DNA from: Malacoraja senta
Lineage: Eukaryota
DNA length: 64,000 nucleotides
Assembly: GCA_038087875.1 (NCBI GenBank)
Contig: CM075977.1
Coordinates: 56,544,001 to 56,608,000 of the forward strand
Direction of reading: 5' to 3'
Part shown: positions 9,173 to 22,014 of the stretch, one piece after another
Layout of the letters: each line of letters opens with the position of its first letter
Numbering within the stretch: position 1 is the first letter of the stretch
Notes under the pieces: generated by a model
What the model saw: only the letters and a program-made list of their open reading frames with translations
Database searches by the model: none
What the model was told of the DNA's origin: nothing
Program-made: the position numbers and the translations under genes

Positions 9173-11917
9173 TTGAATCATATAAAATGGTTCTGGAAAC
9201 ATGGGGACTCTTGTGTACTGTCTCAGTACAATCTACTATTCCTACACTCTTGTACTTAGGAATGATGGTGCTTATGTGCAGTAAGATTTTTTTAATGAAC
9301 TGTATGCAAAAATGGAATTTCACTGTACCTAGGTACATGTGACAATAATGTAACATTGAACTGTGTCTTTTTGGTTGCACAACAAACTTCACTTTTTTTG
9401 TATTACGGTTTTACTTTATGATAAGAATTTAATTGTTCCATTTTCAGTACATTTGACAATTAAACACTCTTGACTCTTGAAATCTGTCAGGCCATTTATT
9501 TCAATGGAGCCTTAATGGGTCAAGGAAGAAAGATAAATAATGATTTACCATTACACGTCTCATTTGTTTACATCTGACGCGCAAATGTATCTGTAAAATC
9601 ACAAAGCATTTTTTCAAGCTAGTAATAGTAATATAATGTTTCATGGATGTTATTAATGGTACGGTTTATATTCCATTAGCTTAATTATGGGTAGTGAGGA
9701 TATATATTCGATGAAATGAAAGACTCATGGCTAGTGTACATAGAGTGATACTATATGTGTAGCTCCAGAAAGCAGACATTTCTGACTTACAGAGAAATCA
9801 GCCAACAGACAGTTCTCAGGAATAATATAACCAAACACAATAATATAATAATATTCATCATTTAAAAGTGCAAAAACGTAATTTTATTTTTTAAATTATG
9901 TTTAATTGGTCTCTTTTATTAATATTTTTTGATGTAATTCTGAATATGACTGACATTCAGAATCATCGGAAAAGCTTGACAAGTTTGGCTTGCCATCAGG
10001 TGAAGTTTGCTGGTAATATTTCAATGTTCTTTTTTCTTGTTATGACCCATGTTGTCTCTGTCACAATCATGAGGGACCCTGGGATTAGCCAGAATCCTGT
10101 TATTCGGCTCCAGAAATGGTGTTAAACAGCAAGATTACCTTTACTGCTGCAGACATTGTGAAGGAATGATAAGGTAGTACTGTCAGGTCAATGTGGTTCA
10201 GCCAATAGTGTCTGCAATGTGGTCGCATACAGCAAAATCCAGGCGAGAGTATAAAAGACATTTTTATTTCTTTGAAGTTTCTGCAGAGATATGAAACATT
10301 TTCTTCTGTCATACATATCTTTGGGCATGAGTCTTTTAAAGGTTTTGCATCTGAAACTTATGCTTAAGGGTGTCACATGATATCATGCCATTGATCCATT
10401 TCCTTGCAGGCACACTTCAACATTTCTGCCATAAATGCAAGGTACTCTCTAAAAGTAATATTTAGATATCAGACTAAATTGTAAAGATGTCTAAAGCATT
10501 TTGTTTCAAATGGCAAATATCACTGGGAAACCAGTGAGGAACAGGGACTAATCAGATCACTTCATTTAAATTTTCAATTTAATTAATTCCTCAATGGCTA
10601 ATCTGAGGAAATACCAAGATGAACTCATGATTTCTTTGACAAGTTAAGATTTCTCAAACTGTTTTTCTCCACTGAGTCCTGACTGCTCCCCAGCTGAAGA
10701 CACCTTCATTCCCTCAATCCTGCTGCACTACTCATTACTATTTCTGACCTTGCAATTAACTCTGCCTCTAAGTAGTTCCAAGTTTCATTTTCAAGTTTGG
10801 CTGCTCAAGTATGTGGGAGATTGCTGAAGAATACTCTGGTAATAAAATATGCTGTGCATCACTGTATCAAATCATAGTGCTCTATTGGTAGTGCAGTGTT
10901 GGTACGTCAACATTTTGCTTTTGCTATTTGCTTTGTAAAATTAATTGTAATTTAGGCTTATTTAATGTGATTGCATTACTGTATTAAGTAAGACATTGCT
11001 CTTGTAAAGCTCCATTTCTTGCAATTTGGTAAGCCAAATCGCTCAGTCCAAAATGCATCAGAGAACAAACTATCAGATGATACAGAGCCACCTGCTCATA
11101 AATCATACCTTCATATTTGCACAAATAATTCATCTACAACTCAAATCAGAGCTGATTTATTGGTGCAAGGTGCTATTGCCTTGTCTGAAGTGAGAGATGA
11201 AAAGGAGGGGGTGGATACCCTGGTACCTTACAGTGCCATTTATCATCCAAGTAATAATTTATACTGTGACTTCTTAAACAAAAGGTTATTTCTGCATCAC
11301 CTTTCTGTCCAAATTCTGTGTCCTTGACATGGGAGAGTAGGTTACACTTTCACTGACTTTTTAGCTCTTTGAAATTGGAATTGAACTTTCTGCAATTTGT
11401 GATCTATTTTCAGATATTTACATTTTTAAACTCTGGCTGTTATCCTGTCAAAGTGTTTTTAAAGGTCTATGATTCTGTTGCGGAATTAGTCGCCAGATAT
11501 AATGTTAATGTGGCACCAAAATTAAGTTTCATAAATTTATACCATATGAGTGGCTATATAAAGGTGTCTTCAGAATTTGTAAGTCAACCTTGGATCCTTG
11601 CTTTGACTAATGGAGTGGTTTGGTGGTTAATTAGGTACCATAAATAATCCCCGGTGTAAGTGATGGCAGGAGAATTGAAGAGGAGTTGATGGACATGAGT
11701 AGGAGAGAATAGTTACAGGGAAACAAGTTTGGAAATGGGACTAATAGGAATGCTCTGAGAGCCACCATAGCCTCAAAGGGCCAAATGGCCTCCTTCCTTG
11801 TCATGGGAAAATATGAGATATAAATATTTTTTTATATACCCAACCCTTATTTCATCCCTGACATTGATGCTAATGAACTTTTAAAGGTTTAATATTATCA
11901 ACCTGTCATATTGATTA

Positions 11918-12210
11918 TTTAGTTTAGTTTAATTTAGAGATACAGCACGGAAACAGGCCCTTCGTCCCATCGATCCCCGTACACTAGCATTATCCGACGA
12001 GCAACAATTTACAATTATACCAATCCAATTAACCTACCAAACCTATACGTCTTTGGATTGTGGGAGGAAATCAGAGACCCCGAAGAAAACCCACGCAGGT
12101 CACGGGGAGAACGTACAAACTTCGTGCAAACAGCACCTGTAGTCAGGATTGAACCCGGGTCTCTGGCGCTGTAAGGCAGCAGCTCTACCACTGCTCCACC
12201 GTGCCGCCCT
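11918..12210 (-). mobile_element. tRNA-derived V-SINE (HE1-like)
   Basis: Head GGCGGCACGGTGGAGCAGTGGTAGAG...GGGTTCAATCC, V-domain TTTGTACGTTCTCCCCGTG, CR1-type tail with (TAAAC)n. Confidence 0.85.
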
Positions 12211-13140
12211 CTTTGATGCCACCACCGATTCTCTTTGAACATCCAAAATTAAGTGTGCTTTTACTCGCATTTGAGACTTAAGGTTGCACTTTTATCACAT
12301 TTATATCTAATTTTTAAAGAAAGAGAGAGAAAATATAGGAGAGGGCATAACTGCAAACTTACTATTCACATTGTCATGTCATACTTGTTACAGCTGTACG
12401 TTGCCCAATAAGTTGCAGTAGTGATTCAGATTCCAAGTCATGTTTTACTTTCTTGTTGTATAACTTTCAGAACTGGGCACCAAGAAAATGCTGAAGCAAG
12501 TGCGTAGTTTATGTTTGGTTACAGAGAACTGCATTTTTCCATGATGAGACTCAGAATATACAAGAAATACTAGATATGCATGCATTTGAAAAAAAAAGCT
12601 CCTTCCAACATAGAAAAACTCCAGTGACACCATGATCTAATGAAATGCAAACCTTACCCTTCTTTCCTTTATACCAGTACCATTTTCTAGGATTGTTCTT
12701 TCTTCCGAAACTTTTAAGACACTAATTTAGGTTCTCATAGCAAGAAGAGTAAGCAGTTCCTGCTTAGATAAATGAAACGCTGCATCCCAATTGATCAAAA
12801 TTTGATGAAAAATCTTTAAACACGACATCAAACAAACTCTGAACTATAACAGCCTATTGCACTTTATCTGTTTATTTATGTGTATATATATATGGTCTAT
12901 GCAATATAGACACACTGAACTTCTGTATTTATGCTTACAATATTCTGTTGTGCTGCAGCAAGCAAGAATTTCATTGTCCTATCTGGGACACATAACAATA
13001 AAACACTCTTGACTCTTTTAAAAGACAATTGGACTTGTACGTGTATAGGACACAACAAAGTGCAGCTGCCCATCAAATAAAGTTCTGTCAGAATAGAGAC
13101 TCCACTGCAGTGAAGGCAAAGATCGAGGAAAGTATGAATT

Positions 13141-13900
13141 AATCAGAATCAGAATCAGAATCAGATTTTATTCGCCAAGTATGTTTTGCAACATACGAGG
13201 ATTTTCACTGGCCAGGTCAGTCATACAATTAAAAGCAACAGACTCAAAAACACATTGAACATGAACATCCACCACAGTGACTCCGACACATTCCTCACTG
13301 TGATGGAAGGCGAAATAAAGTTCAAGTCCTTCCTTTGTTCATCCTCGGTCGGGGGCCTCGAGCCCTCCGTTGACGGGACGGTCTTAACTCCCGTAGCTGG
13401 CGGCGTTCAGGCCCTCCGCGTCGAGGTGTTCAGCTCCTGCATCGGGGGGATGTCATCTCCAATGCGCCGGGCGATCGAACCTCGCGTCGGGGCTGGACGA
13501 ACCTTCTGCGGCGTTGGAGCTCCCGACTCAGCCTCTCCCGAGACTGCGAGCCCTTGTTGGTAAGTCCACGGTGGTCGCGGTGGGAGCGATCCCAGGCAAG
13601 GGATCCGCTCCGATGTTAAGTCCACGCCCCGCGGTGGGGCTCATGACAGTCCGAGGCGGCTCCCAGCTCCAGCGATGGTAGGCCGCAGAGCCCGAAGAAT
13701 GTGATCCGAAAAATGATCACATCTCCGGGAAGGTAAGGACTTGAAAAAAAGTTTCCCCACATCCCCCCCCCCCCCCCCCCACACACATATTAAACAAACC
13801 GAAGAACATGAAAACAAACAGACGCTAAAAATAACAAAAAGTTGAAAAAACGAACAGACTGCCGGCAGGGCTGGCCATCGCCCCGGCGCCCCTGGTGGTC
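13141..13900 (-). mobile_element. GC-rich non-autonomous retroposon, structured family, copy B
   Basis: Family hairpin at 13268-13307. 3' stem-loop GTATGTT-GCAA-AACATAC, then AATAAA and a (TCTGAT)n tail. Homologous to 53576-54865. Confidence 0.75.
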
Positions 13901-13916
13901 ATTACTGTGGCCTTAA

Positions 13917-14372
13917 AGGGCCTGTCCCACGAGCATGCGACTGCATGCGGCAAGCACGACCAAACCGGAAGCGGGGGCCGCGCGAAGGTCGAGTGATCCC
14001 CGTACAGGTCCGGTCCCACCAGCATGTGACTGCATGCGGCGAGCGCGACCAAACCGGAAGCGGGGGCCGCGCGGTGGTCGAGTGAGTGACGTGAAGTTCG
14101 AGCGAAGTCCGCGTGTGACGTACGGCGTCAAGACGCTGCGTACGGCGTCGAGACGCTGCGCATGCCCGTCGAGGTGGTGTGTATGGTGTCGAGGCGGCTG
14201 CGGGTCGGCAGGCCGTTGCCGCGCAGAAATTTTGAACAGTGTCAGTTTTTCGGAGCCCAGGGACCAGCACCGCACAACTCCATACGGCTCCGGCAATCGA
14301 AGTGGGACCGGCCCCGCAAGGCCGTAAGGCTCAAGCGACCACGTTAGGTCGCATGCTGGTGGGACAGGCCCT
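13917..14372. mobile_element. PIF/Harbinger-type MITE 1
   Basis: TIR AGGGCCTGTCCCAC.AGCATGCGAC with TAA/TTA flanks. The left subterminal ~60 bp is duplicated internally. Confidence 0.8.
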
Positions 14373-14630
14373 TTACTCATTTAAAATGAATATACCTGAG
14401 AAATCATTAATTTTGGTGGAAAGAGGCTTAACCTATTTGTACAGCATTCCTCTGTATGCTATTATCAACAGAAACATAAGCATATTCATTATAATGTGGC
14501 CATTGCCCTGCCAACATAGATGACTCCAAGACATGTGAAGTGCTAGTTCACTGGTGTCATCATCAATTACATGATGTCTTAAGAATATCAATATGATCCT
14601 TCACTCACATAGGTCATGGGTGTTCATATA

Positions 14631-17526
14631 CAGTGCATTCAGAAAGTATTCAGACCCCTTCACTTTTTCCACATTTTGTTACGTTACAGCTTTATTTTTA
14701 AATGGATTAAATTTTTTTTTTTAATTATCAATCTACACACGATACCCCAGAATGAAGAAGCGAAAACAGGTGCTTAGAAATTTTTGCAAAGTAATTAAAA
14801 ATAAATAACTGAAATATCACATTTACATAAGTATTCAGACCCTTAGCTATGACACTCAAAATTGAGCCTAGGTTCATCTTATTTCCATTGATTATCCTTG
14901 AGATGTTTCTACAACTTGATTGGAGTCCACCAGTGGTAAATTAAATTGATTGGACATGATTTGGAAAGGCACACACCTGTCTATATAAGGTCCCACAGTT
15001 GACAGTGCATGTCAGAGCAAAAACCAAGCCATGAAGACGAAGGAATTGTCCGCAGATCTCCGAGACAGGATTGTGTCGAGACACAGATCTGGGGAAGGGT
15101 ATAAAACTATTTCTGCAGCATTGCAGGTCCCGAAGAGAACAGTGGCCTCCGCCATTCTTAAATGGAAGAACGTTGGAACCACCAGGACTCTTCATAGAGC
15201 TGTCCGCCCGGCTAAACTGAGCAATCGGGGGAGAAGGGCCTTGGTCCGGGAGGTGACCAAGAACCCGATGGTCACTCTGACAGAGCTCCAGAACTCTGTG
15301 GAGATGGGAGAACCTTCCAGAAGGACAACTATATCTGCCAAGCGTCATGTCAGGAGGAAACCAGGCACCGCTAATCACCTGGCCAATACCATACCTACAG
15401 TGAAGCATGGTGGTGGCAGCATCATGGTGTAGGGATGGTTTTCAGCGGCAGGAACTTGGAGACGAGTCAGGATCAAGGGAAACAGGAATGGAGCAAAGTA
15501 CAGAGAGATCCTTGATGAAAACTTGGTCCAGAGTATTCTGGATCTCAAACTGGGGCAGAGGTTCATCTTCCAACAGGACAACGACCTTAGCACACAGCTA
15601 AGACAACGTAGGAGTGGCTTCATGACAAATCTGTGAATGTCCTTGAGTGGCCCAGCCAGAGCCCGGACTTGAACCTGATCGAGCACTCTGGAGGGACCTG
15701 AAAATAGCTGTGCATCGACGCTCCCCATTCAACCTGACAGAGCTTGAGAGGAACTGCAGAGAAGAATGGGAGAAATTACCCAAATACAGGTGTGCCAAGC
15801 TTGTAGCGTCATACCCAAGAAGACTTGAGGCTGTAATCGCTGCCAAAGGTGCCTCAACAAAGTACTGAGTAAAGGGTCTGAATACTTATGTAAATGTGAT
15901 ATTTCAGTTATTTATTTTTAATTACTTTGCAAAAATTTCTAAATACCTGTATTTGCTTTATTATTATGGGGTTATCATCATCGGCGGTCACTCGAAACGA
16001 GTATGACTGTCCTCTCCATAAGAGTCGTCTACTTCTGGGTCTGCAGATGTCTGTCGAGGCCGATCCGCTCACCTTGGTACAACGTGGGCAGTGGAGACTG
16101 GCAGTGTTTGTCGTCGAGCCCCCTTCTCTCTCTCCTTACGGTGCTGTTGCTTTGTCTCTGCGACACGGCGTAGTTCCATTTCGTGACTTGCAGCTCCTTC
16201 CTGTACGGATTTCCTCCAGGAGCATCTGTCCAGTGCAATGTGCTCCCAGTTGCTCGATGTGATGTGGAATTTCTTCAGACTTCTTGATGTTGTCCTTGAA
16301 GCATTTCTTTGGCCCGCCGGGGGCTCGCCGACCTTCCTTAAATTGAGAGTACAGGATTTGTTTACGGAGGCGTGTGTTGGAAATGTGGAAGACATGGCCA
16401 GTCCATTGAAGTTGGTGCTGCATTATTGTGGTGATTTATCTGGTCATGTTGGCTTCCTCCAAAACGCTGATGTTGGTGTGTTTGTCCTCCCAGCTGATCC
16501 TCAGAATCTTTCGTAAGGATCTTTGATGATATTGTTCCAGGGCAGCAGACATGATATTCACCGCACGACAACTCCAGGAAAAATGCCGTGAACAATGGTA
16601 GCCTTTGTACATGGCCTTCATAGACCTGACAAAGGCTTTTGACTCGGTAGACCGCCATGCTCTTTGGAGCATACTATCAAGGTATGGTTGCCATTACAAG
16701 TACATCAGAATATTGAGGCTTCTACATGATGGCATGTCGGTCACAGTGCTCAGCAACTGCGGCTCTGAGTCTGAGCCCTTCACTGTGGGAACGGGGGTCA
16801 AACAGGGATGCATCATCGCACCCACCCTGTTTGTCGTCTTCATTGCTGCCATACTTCACCTCATTGGTGAAGCGCTGCCACAGGGGATTCCAATCCTCTA
16901 CAGAACTGACGGTGGTCTCTTCAACCTTAATAGGTTGAAGGCCAAGAGCAAAGTCAGTTACACCGCCATCATGGAGCTTCAGTACATGGACGACTGTGCC
17001 ATTGCAGCACACTATGCAGAAGACATCCAGGGCATCCTGAATGCCTTTGCCAAGGCATACAGAGCCATGGGCCTAGCCTTAAATATCAAGAAGACCCAGG
17101 TCCTACATCAACCTCCACCCAACCAGCCGTCTACCCAGCCAACTATAAAAGTGGACACCACTCTTGAAAATGTTGACCACTTCCCCTACCTTGGCAGCAT
17201 TCTTTCCTCAAAAGCTGATATTGACTCTGAGGTCAACCATTGCCAGCGGAGCCTACGCCAGCCTCAGGAAAAGAATCTTTGAAGACCGAGACCTAAAGGC
17301 TCAAACAAAACTGCTGGTCCACAGAGCCGTTGTCCTCTCCACCCTGTTGTATGGAGCCGAGTCATGGACCACCTACAGCAGGCACCTGAGAGCCCTGGAA
17401 CAATTATGGGGTATTCTGTGTAGATTGATGACAAAACAAAATGATTTTAATCAATTTTAGAATAAGGCCTTAATGTAACAAAATGTGGGAAAGATGAAGG
17501 GGTCTAAATACTTTCTGAATGCACTG
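14631..17526 (+). mobile_element. Defective Tc1-like (IR/DR type) transposon, interrupted by an RTE
   Basis: TA|CAGTGCATTCAGAAAGTATT...AATACTTTCTGAATGCACTG|TA. Inner DRs near 14826 and 15872. Transposase remnant 15031-15868 (MKTKELSADLRDRIV...GEGYKTIS; VKHGGGSIMV; QQDND; WPSQSPDLN) with a deletion, stops and frameshifts. Confidence 0.92.
15973..17402 (-). mobile_element. RTE-clade LINE, 5'-truncated, with an inverted 5' segment
   Basis: TSD ATTATGGGGT (15963-15972 and 17403-17412). The 3' part is on the minus strand (15973-16543; ALEQYHQRSLRKILRISWED, (TGA)n tail). The RT part is on the plus strand (16544-17402; AFIDLTKAFDSV, GVKQGCIIAP, QYMDDC). Confidence 0.88.
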
Positions 17527-18100
17527 TACATTTCTTAGTGATGCAGAAACACAGTTTGTTTTACGTTCATGTGATCTAAGACACTCCCTTTGGATATTAA
17601 TGAATAAAGTGCTAATTCTATTCTTTGAATGAGGATGGGAGGTGATCAGTGGTGAAGAATTATTATCTATAATCTCTCCCACATTACTCATATGCACACA
17701 GCTTTGGCATTTAATTTTTTTTTAACGATATTGTGACTTTTGTTTGGGCAACATGCTGGGACATGTTAGGGTGTGATAGGTACTGTTGGTCCTCCTGCCT
17801 ATCAGAAGAACCCAGTGTCCAATCCATGGTATTAAGATAAGCTTTGGAAGAAAGTCTTGTGAACACTTGACGAGCCCAAATCATGGGAGGACACTTCCTC
17901 CTCGTGGTTCCAGTAAGTTAACTTCACTTGCAAAATCTCTTATATTTTCCTTGATCCATTTTTACTGAGTATGATACCTGTGATAGGGCCCCAATTTGAT
18001 TGACATAAATATCTAATTACTACTTGCACTGCGATATAACTATGAGTCATATTAGGTGGTGTGACATAAAAGTGCTATTTCTGTTTTGGAGCTGAGTCAT

Positions 18101-18258
18101 GGAATAGGTGACATAGAAACATAGAAGAAGGGTCTGAAGAAGGGTCTCGACCCGAAACGTCGCCTATTCCTTCGCTCCATAGATGCTGCCTCACCTGCTG
18201 AGTTTCTCCAGCATTTTTGTCTACCTTTGATTTTTCCAGCATCTGCAGTTCTTTCTTG
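18101..18258 (+). mobile_element. Penelope-like element terminal (pLTR) fragment
   Basis: GTCTGAAGAAGGGTCTCGACCCGAAACGTC...GATGCTGCC...CTCCAGCATTTTTGT, the same unit found beside the GIY-YIG remnants. Confidence 0.75.
18131..18165 (+). ncRNA. Minimal type I hammerhead ribozyme motif (Penelope type)
   Basis: Stem I GGT/GCC, core CTGAAGA (18134-18140), stem II GGGTC-TC-GACCC, GAAA (18154-18157), palindromic minimal stem III, GTC cleavage triplet ending at 18161. Confidence 0.65.
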
Positions 18259-19194
18259 AGCATATTGGGGAGAATCATCTAATATAAATAGTACTTTTAG
18301 GTCACATCATCTAATAGAAATAGCAAAGATTTATAATTTATCTCTTTTATCAGATCAGATGACTTTTGGGCTGAATAAAATGACCAACATTGTTGCTTTT
18401 GAAAAATGATTTTCCCACTTGAACTATAAGGTAATATAAGATCATTTTAATTTCAATTGATGAGTAGTGTTTTCTTGTCGATTGCTTTATAATAATAAAT
18501 GCCATGAAATGCTGATATATGTATTCCGAATTGCATTACACTGCTCCAATTATCTTCGTAATCTTGAGATATTAGGCTGCAATTGTTATTTGGTGGAGAA
18601 AACATGTTCTGTACAAAATACAAACTTAAAGAGGTGCACCTTGAAATTCATCATTGGTAATGTTAAATGCTGAAAAAAAGTTATTGCTGTGTATTAAAAT
18701 ATACCCAAATTCAATTCCACAGAGCATAAGGCACAGCTGCTACAATTTGGGATTTAGAGCTGCTGTCCAAAGTTCAACCACGCCAAAATTAATTAAAATA
18801 CATGACATCTTACAACCTAATTACTATTAATTAATTATATTTCATTGCAACAATTAGTGCTACTAATTAATAATACATATATAAATTTTAACTTTTAACT
18901 TTTCGAATATAGATATAAGGGCTAAATTTTCCCGAAATTGATAAGCTTTATCTTTCCCTTTCCCAGTAAGGAGTCTATCTGCTTGACCTTTGATTGACCT
19001 ACCAGAAACAAGGTACCAGAGTGGCACCAGCTTCAGGCATCTTCGAGAAGGGAATGACAGTGGATCTTTGGCAGCATTACAAAATCTTTTGAGACCCTTT
19101 TGGGACCTTGTAGAATACCCTATCATGTCTCTAGCCTCAGTCAGTAATCCAGAACGAGCCTTGCCTCAGCAGTAGAAATCAGTCAGGAAACCGA

Positions 19195-19290
19195 GATAGG
19201 ACACAAAGTGCTGGAGTCACAAAGCAGATTAGGCAGCCTCTCTGGAGAACATGGATAGGTGACATTTTGGGTCAGACCCTTCTTCGGACA
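19195..19290 (-). mobile_element. Penelope pLTR fragment with a degenerate hammerhead
   Basis: Minus strand CCGAAGAAGGGTCTGACCCAAAATGTCACCTATCC. Confidence 0.6.
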
Positions 19291-21319
19291 GGAAACCCAG
19301 CTGTGTTTGATCAACTCACAAGTCATTCTTTGAGTGCTCTGCAATATTTCCTGTGGGAAATCTGAACAATGCACATCTGCATCATTAACATCTCTTAGAG
19401 GTGACGTTTCTGTATGATCCCGGGCAGGTCCCTCTCTCAGCCACTTCTCTGTTGGTTTCAGATGGTATCAATACAAGATACCAATCACAAAATGCAACTG
19501 GGTAGACATGTTTACAGGACGGGGAAATATAAGGTTCAGCACACAAGGCAGAACAGAGGTTACGTCGGGATAATCAGTTGCAAAATTCTTCCATACAGAT
19601 CGGATTAATGTTTTTTCACATTGGCAGAAGTTCAGATATTTCAAAATATTTTATTTTGCAAATTGCTGTAATTGTAACTTCAAAGTAGAAGGTAACTATA
19701 TGAAAAAGAGAAGTGCATATTTTTAATAAGCACTTCATTTATATTTAGAGGACAGATTTCCAAGTAGGATATAATCTACATGAGAAGTGGCAGTTTCTTT
19801 GGGATATACTGGAATGTTCTCATGAGGCTGCATGCATGTCACTTTGTATTTCTTGACACTTAATGGCATCAGAATGATCTCTTGTTTGTAAAAGGCTGAA
19901 GATTGAGCCCTATTTCTTTGCTAAGTGAGCATCGTAAGTTGAATTAGCGTTAGATTTTCTCCTTTGCTACACACAATCTTTGACATGGTGTTTAATAGTG
20001 TTAAGCCTACCGCTGCTGATCTAAACGATGACCCTCGCATCTCCATGATAGCGAAACGTCTCTCTGATGTGAATTCATGGACCCGGAGCATTAAGGTAAT
20101 TTTACCCTGGATAGTTGAGTTGCGTCTTTTTTTACCCCGCGGAAATACTGTGAAGAATACAGATTTTGACCAAATGACAGAGCGTGGAGGGTACAATTAG
20201 GTGCATTAAATTAGAATATGACAAAAAGCCTATCTAAATATTTGTCCCAATGTTACCTATTCAATGTAATGATCTGTTCATGAAGTGAAAGCAGACAACC
20301 ACGGGCACTTAATTTTCTGAATAATAGGTGAGTTTTCATGATCCTTTATCAGCTTTGAAGGGATAATTGAGGACATGGTGTAAATTGTCATAGGTCAAGA
20401 TTTGATGATTTGGTTTATAATCTAGGATTAGACCTTGCTTCATTTCCATTTTACACAGAATTAACTCTATGAATACTCAGCATGAACTGCATTTTTTTTT
20501 ACTCAAGACAGGCACCAACAGAGCTCTTGCATTGGATCAAATGCCTGCATTCCCAGCTGGGGAATGGAAAACAGAAAGATGTGAGGGGAATGCAATATGC
20601 TGAATTATTAATAATGCCATTTAAAGTAATAAATAGGTATCATTTATTTCTATAAAGGAAACACAGCAGCACTGGGTTAATGTGGCTGTATAAATGTCTG
20701 TGCAATGTACAGTAGTAAAACCCCATGATCCCACGATCTTTAATTAGATTTGAGCCAGTAAATATCTTGTGATTAATCAAAATGGGTTGTTCTGCATGTA
20801 GTATAAGTCACCTTCACAGATGGGATGCAAATGTCTGCATTGTTTGCTGAAATTATTTTGTCTCTTGTCACCTATTTCCATCGCTGGAAAGGATCGGCAA
20901 GAGAAATGAATCATTTGTTATTTCATTGTTCAAACTAGCCAACCATTAAACAAAGCACCCCCGATGTGACGGGAACAAACCAAGAATGCCAAGCTGAGAA
21001 GGGACTGACATGCTTGTACTTGGCGCGTATGAATGGCCTTGCTATTACAGCACAGTTTCATATGCTGTTGTACGTTTTGCCAACATATGTACGTTTCATA
21101 TGACGTACATTAGGTGTAAAATCCTGTAATGACCACATTGTACGTTTTGCTGTTTAGATAAGACTAAAATCCCAGCAATAATTTGGGAAACAATTTTCCC
21201 AGTGGGCACTAAAACACCCAAAACTGTTAACCCAATATTTCTACAGCAGCTGTTTCATTTCGTAGATGAGTGGAAAGATTTCTTGCTCTATGTTTATTTT
21301 CCAATTACTTTGTTGAATG

Positions 21320-21650
21320 ATGCAGCTAGTGGAGCTGCTGCCACACAACCGCAGCATCCTGTCTTTCATCCTGACCTCTGGCCACTATCTATGCAGAATT
21401 CAAACATTCTCCCTCTGACTGTTGGTGTTTACATCAGGTGCTTTGGTTTGCTCCGGAATCCTAAAGACGTGTGCTTGTCGATTAATTAGCAACTGTAAAT
21501 TTGCCCTCGTGTGTAAGTGAGTCGTGGAATCTGTGGGGATTGATGAGAATGTGGAGAAAATAATTAAAAAAGGATTTGTGTAGATTAATGTAAACTGGTG
21601 CTTACAGTGCAGAATCGATGGCCGAAAGGGCGTACTTCCATGCTGCATAA
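21320..21650 (+). mobile_element. Old, diverged V-SINE
   Basis: Diverged match to the SINE head, V-domain and tail (ctaaagacgtg...taaatttgccct...ggccgaaaggg). Confidence 0.55.
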
Positions 21651-21831
21651 CTATGAATGAGTGAATGCTGCAATACTGGGAGGAGTATAAAAAAAGTGCA
21701 TGCAGTGGGATTAGAGGAACCCGAGTAGCCCGATGACGAACAATGTCTACAGGAAGCATGTTCGTTGTGCATGGAGTCTCTCCAGAGCCAAAGACATGCA
21801 CTTCTGACAAGACTTACCAGGGAAGACTCTG

Positions 21832-22012
21832 AGAATAAGAGTGCAATCTCCTAGCCTGCCCAATCTCTCCCTATAGCTCAGGCCCTCGCACCCTGGCAAT
21901 ATCTTCGTAAATCTTCTCTGCACTCTTTGCAGCTTAATGGTATCTTTCCCATAGCAGGGCGACCAGAACAGGACACAATACTCCAAGTGTGGCCTCACAA
22001 ACATCTTTGACA
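21832..22012 (-). mobile_element. CR1 LINE fragment
   Basis: VRPHLEYCVLFWSP...LQRVQRRFTKILPG...LSYRERL. Confidence 0.85.
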
Positions 22013-22014
22013 AT

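Noticed and set aside
11918-12210. tRNA genes
   Set aside because: The box A/B-like motifs are SINE heads followed by a V-domain and LINE tail, with no complete cloverleaf.
13825-14380. Overlapping Arg/Pro-rich ORFs in MITEs and GC-rich retroposons (also 26852-28328, 44549-45137, 53652-54802)
   Set aside because: Stop-poor GC-rich repeat sequence, open in several frames and with no recognisable domains.
15031-15868. Functional Tc1 transposase gene
   Set aside because: It has an internal deletion, stops and frameshifts, and the right terminal repeat is disrupted by an RTE.
18725-18740. miR-124-like TAAGGCAC seed
   Set aside because: Only 8 nt match. The rest of the mature sequence and a precursor hairpin are absent.
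18863-19175. Short ORFs on both strands in unique sequence
   Set aside because: No recognisable motif and no convincing splice signals tying them to a gene.
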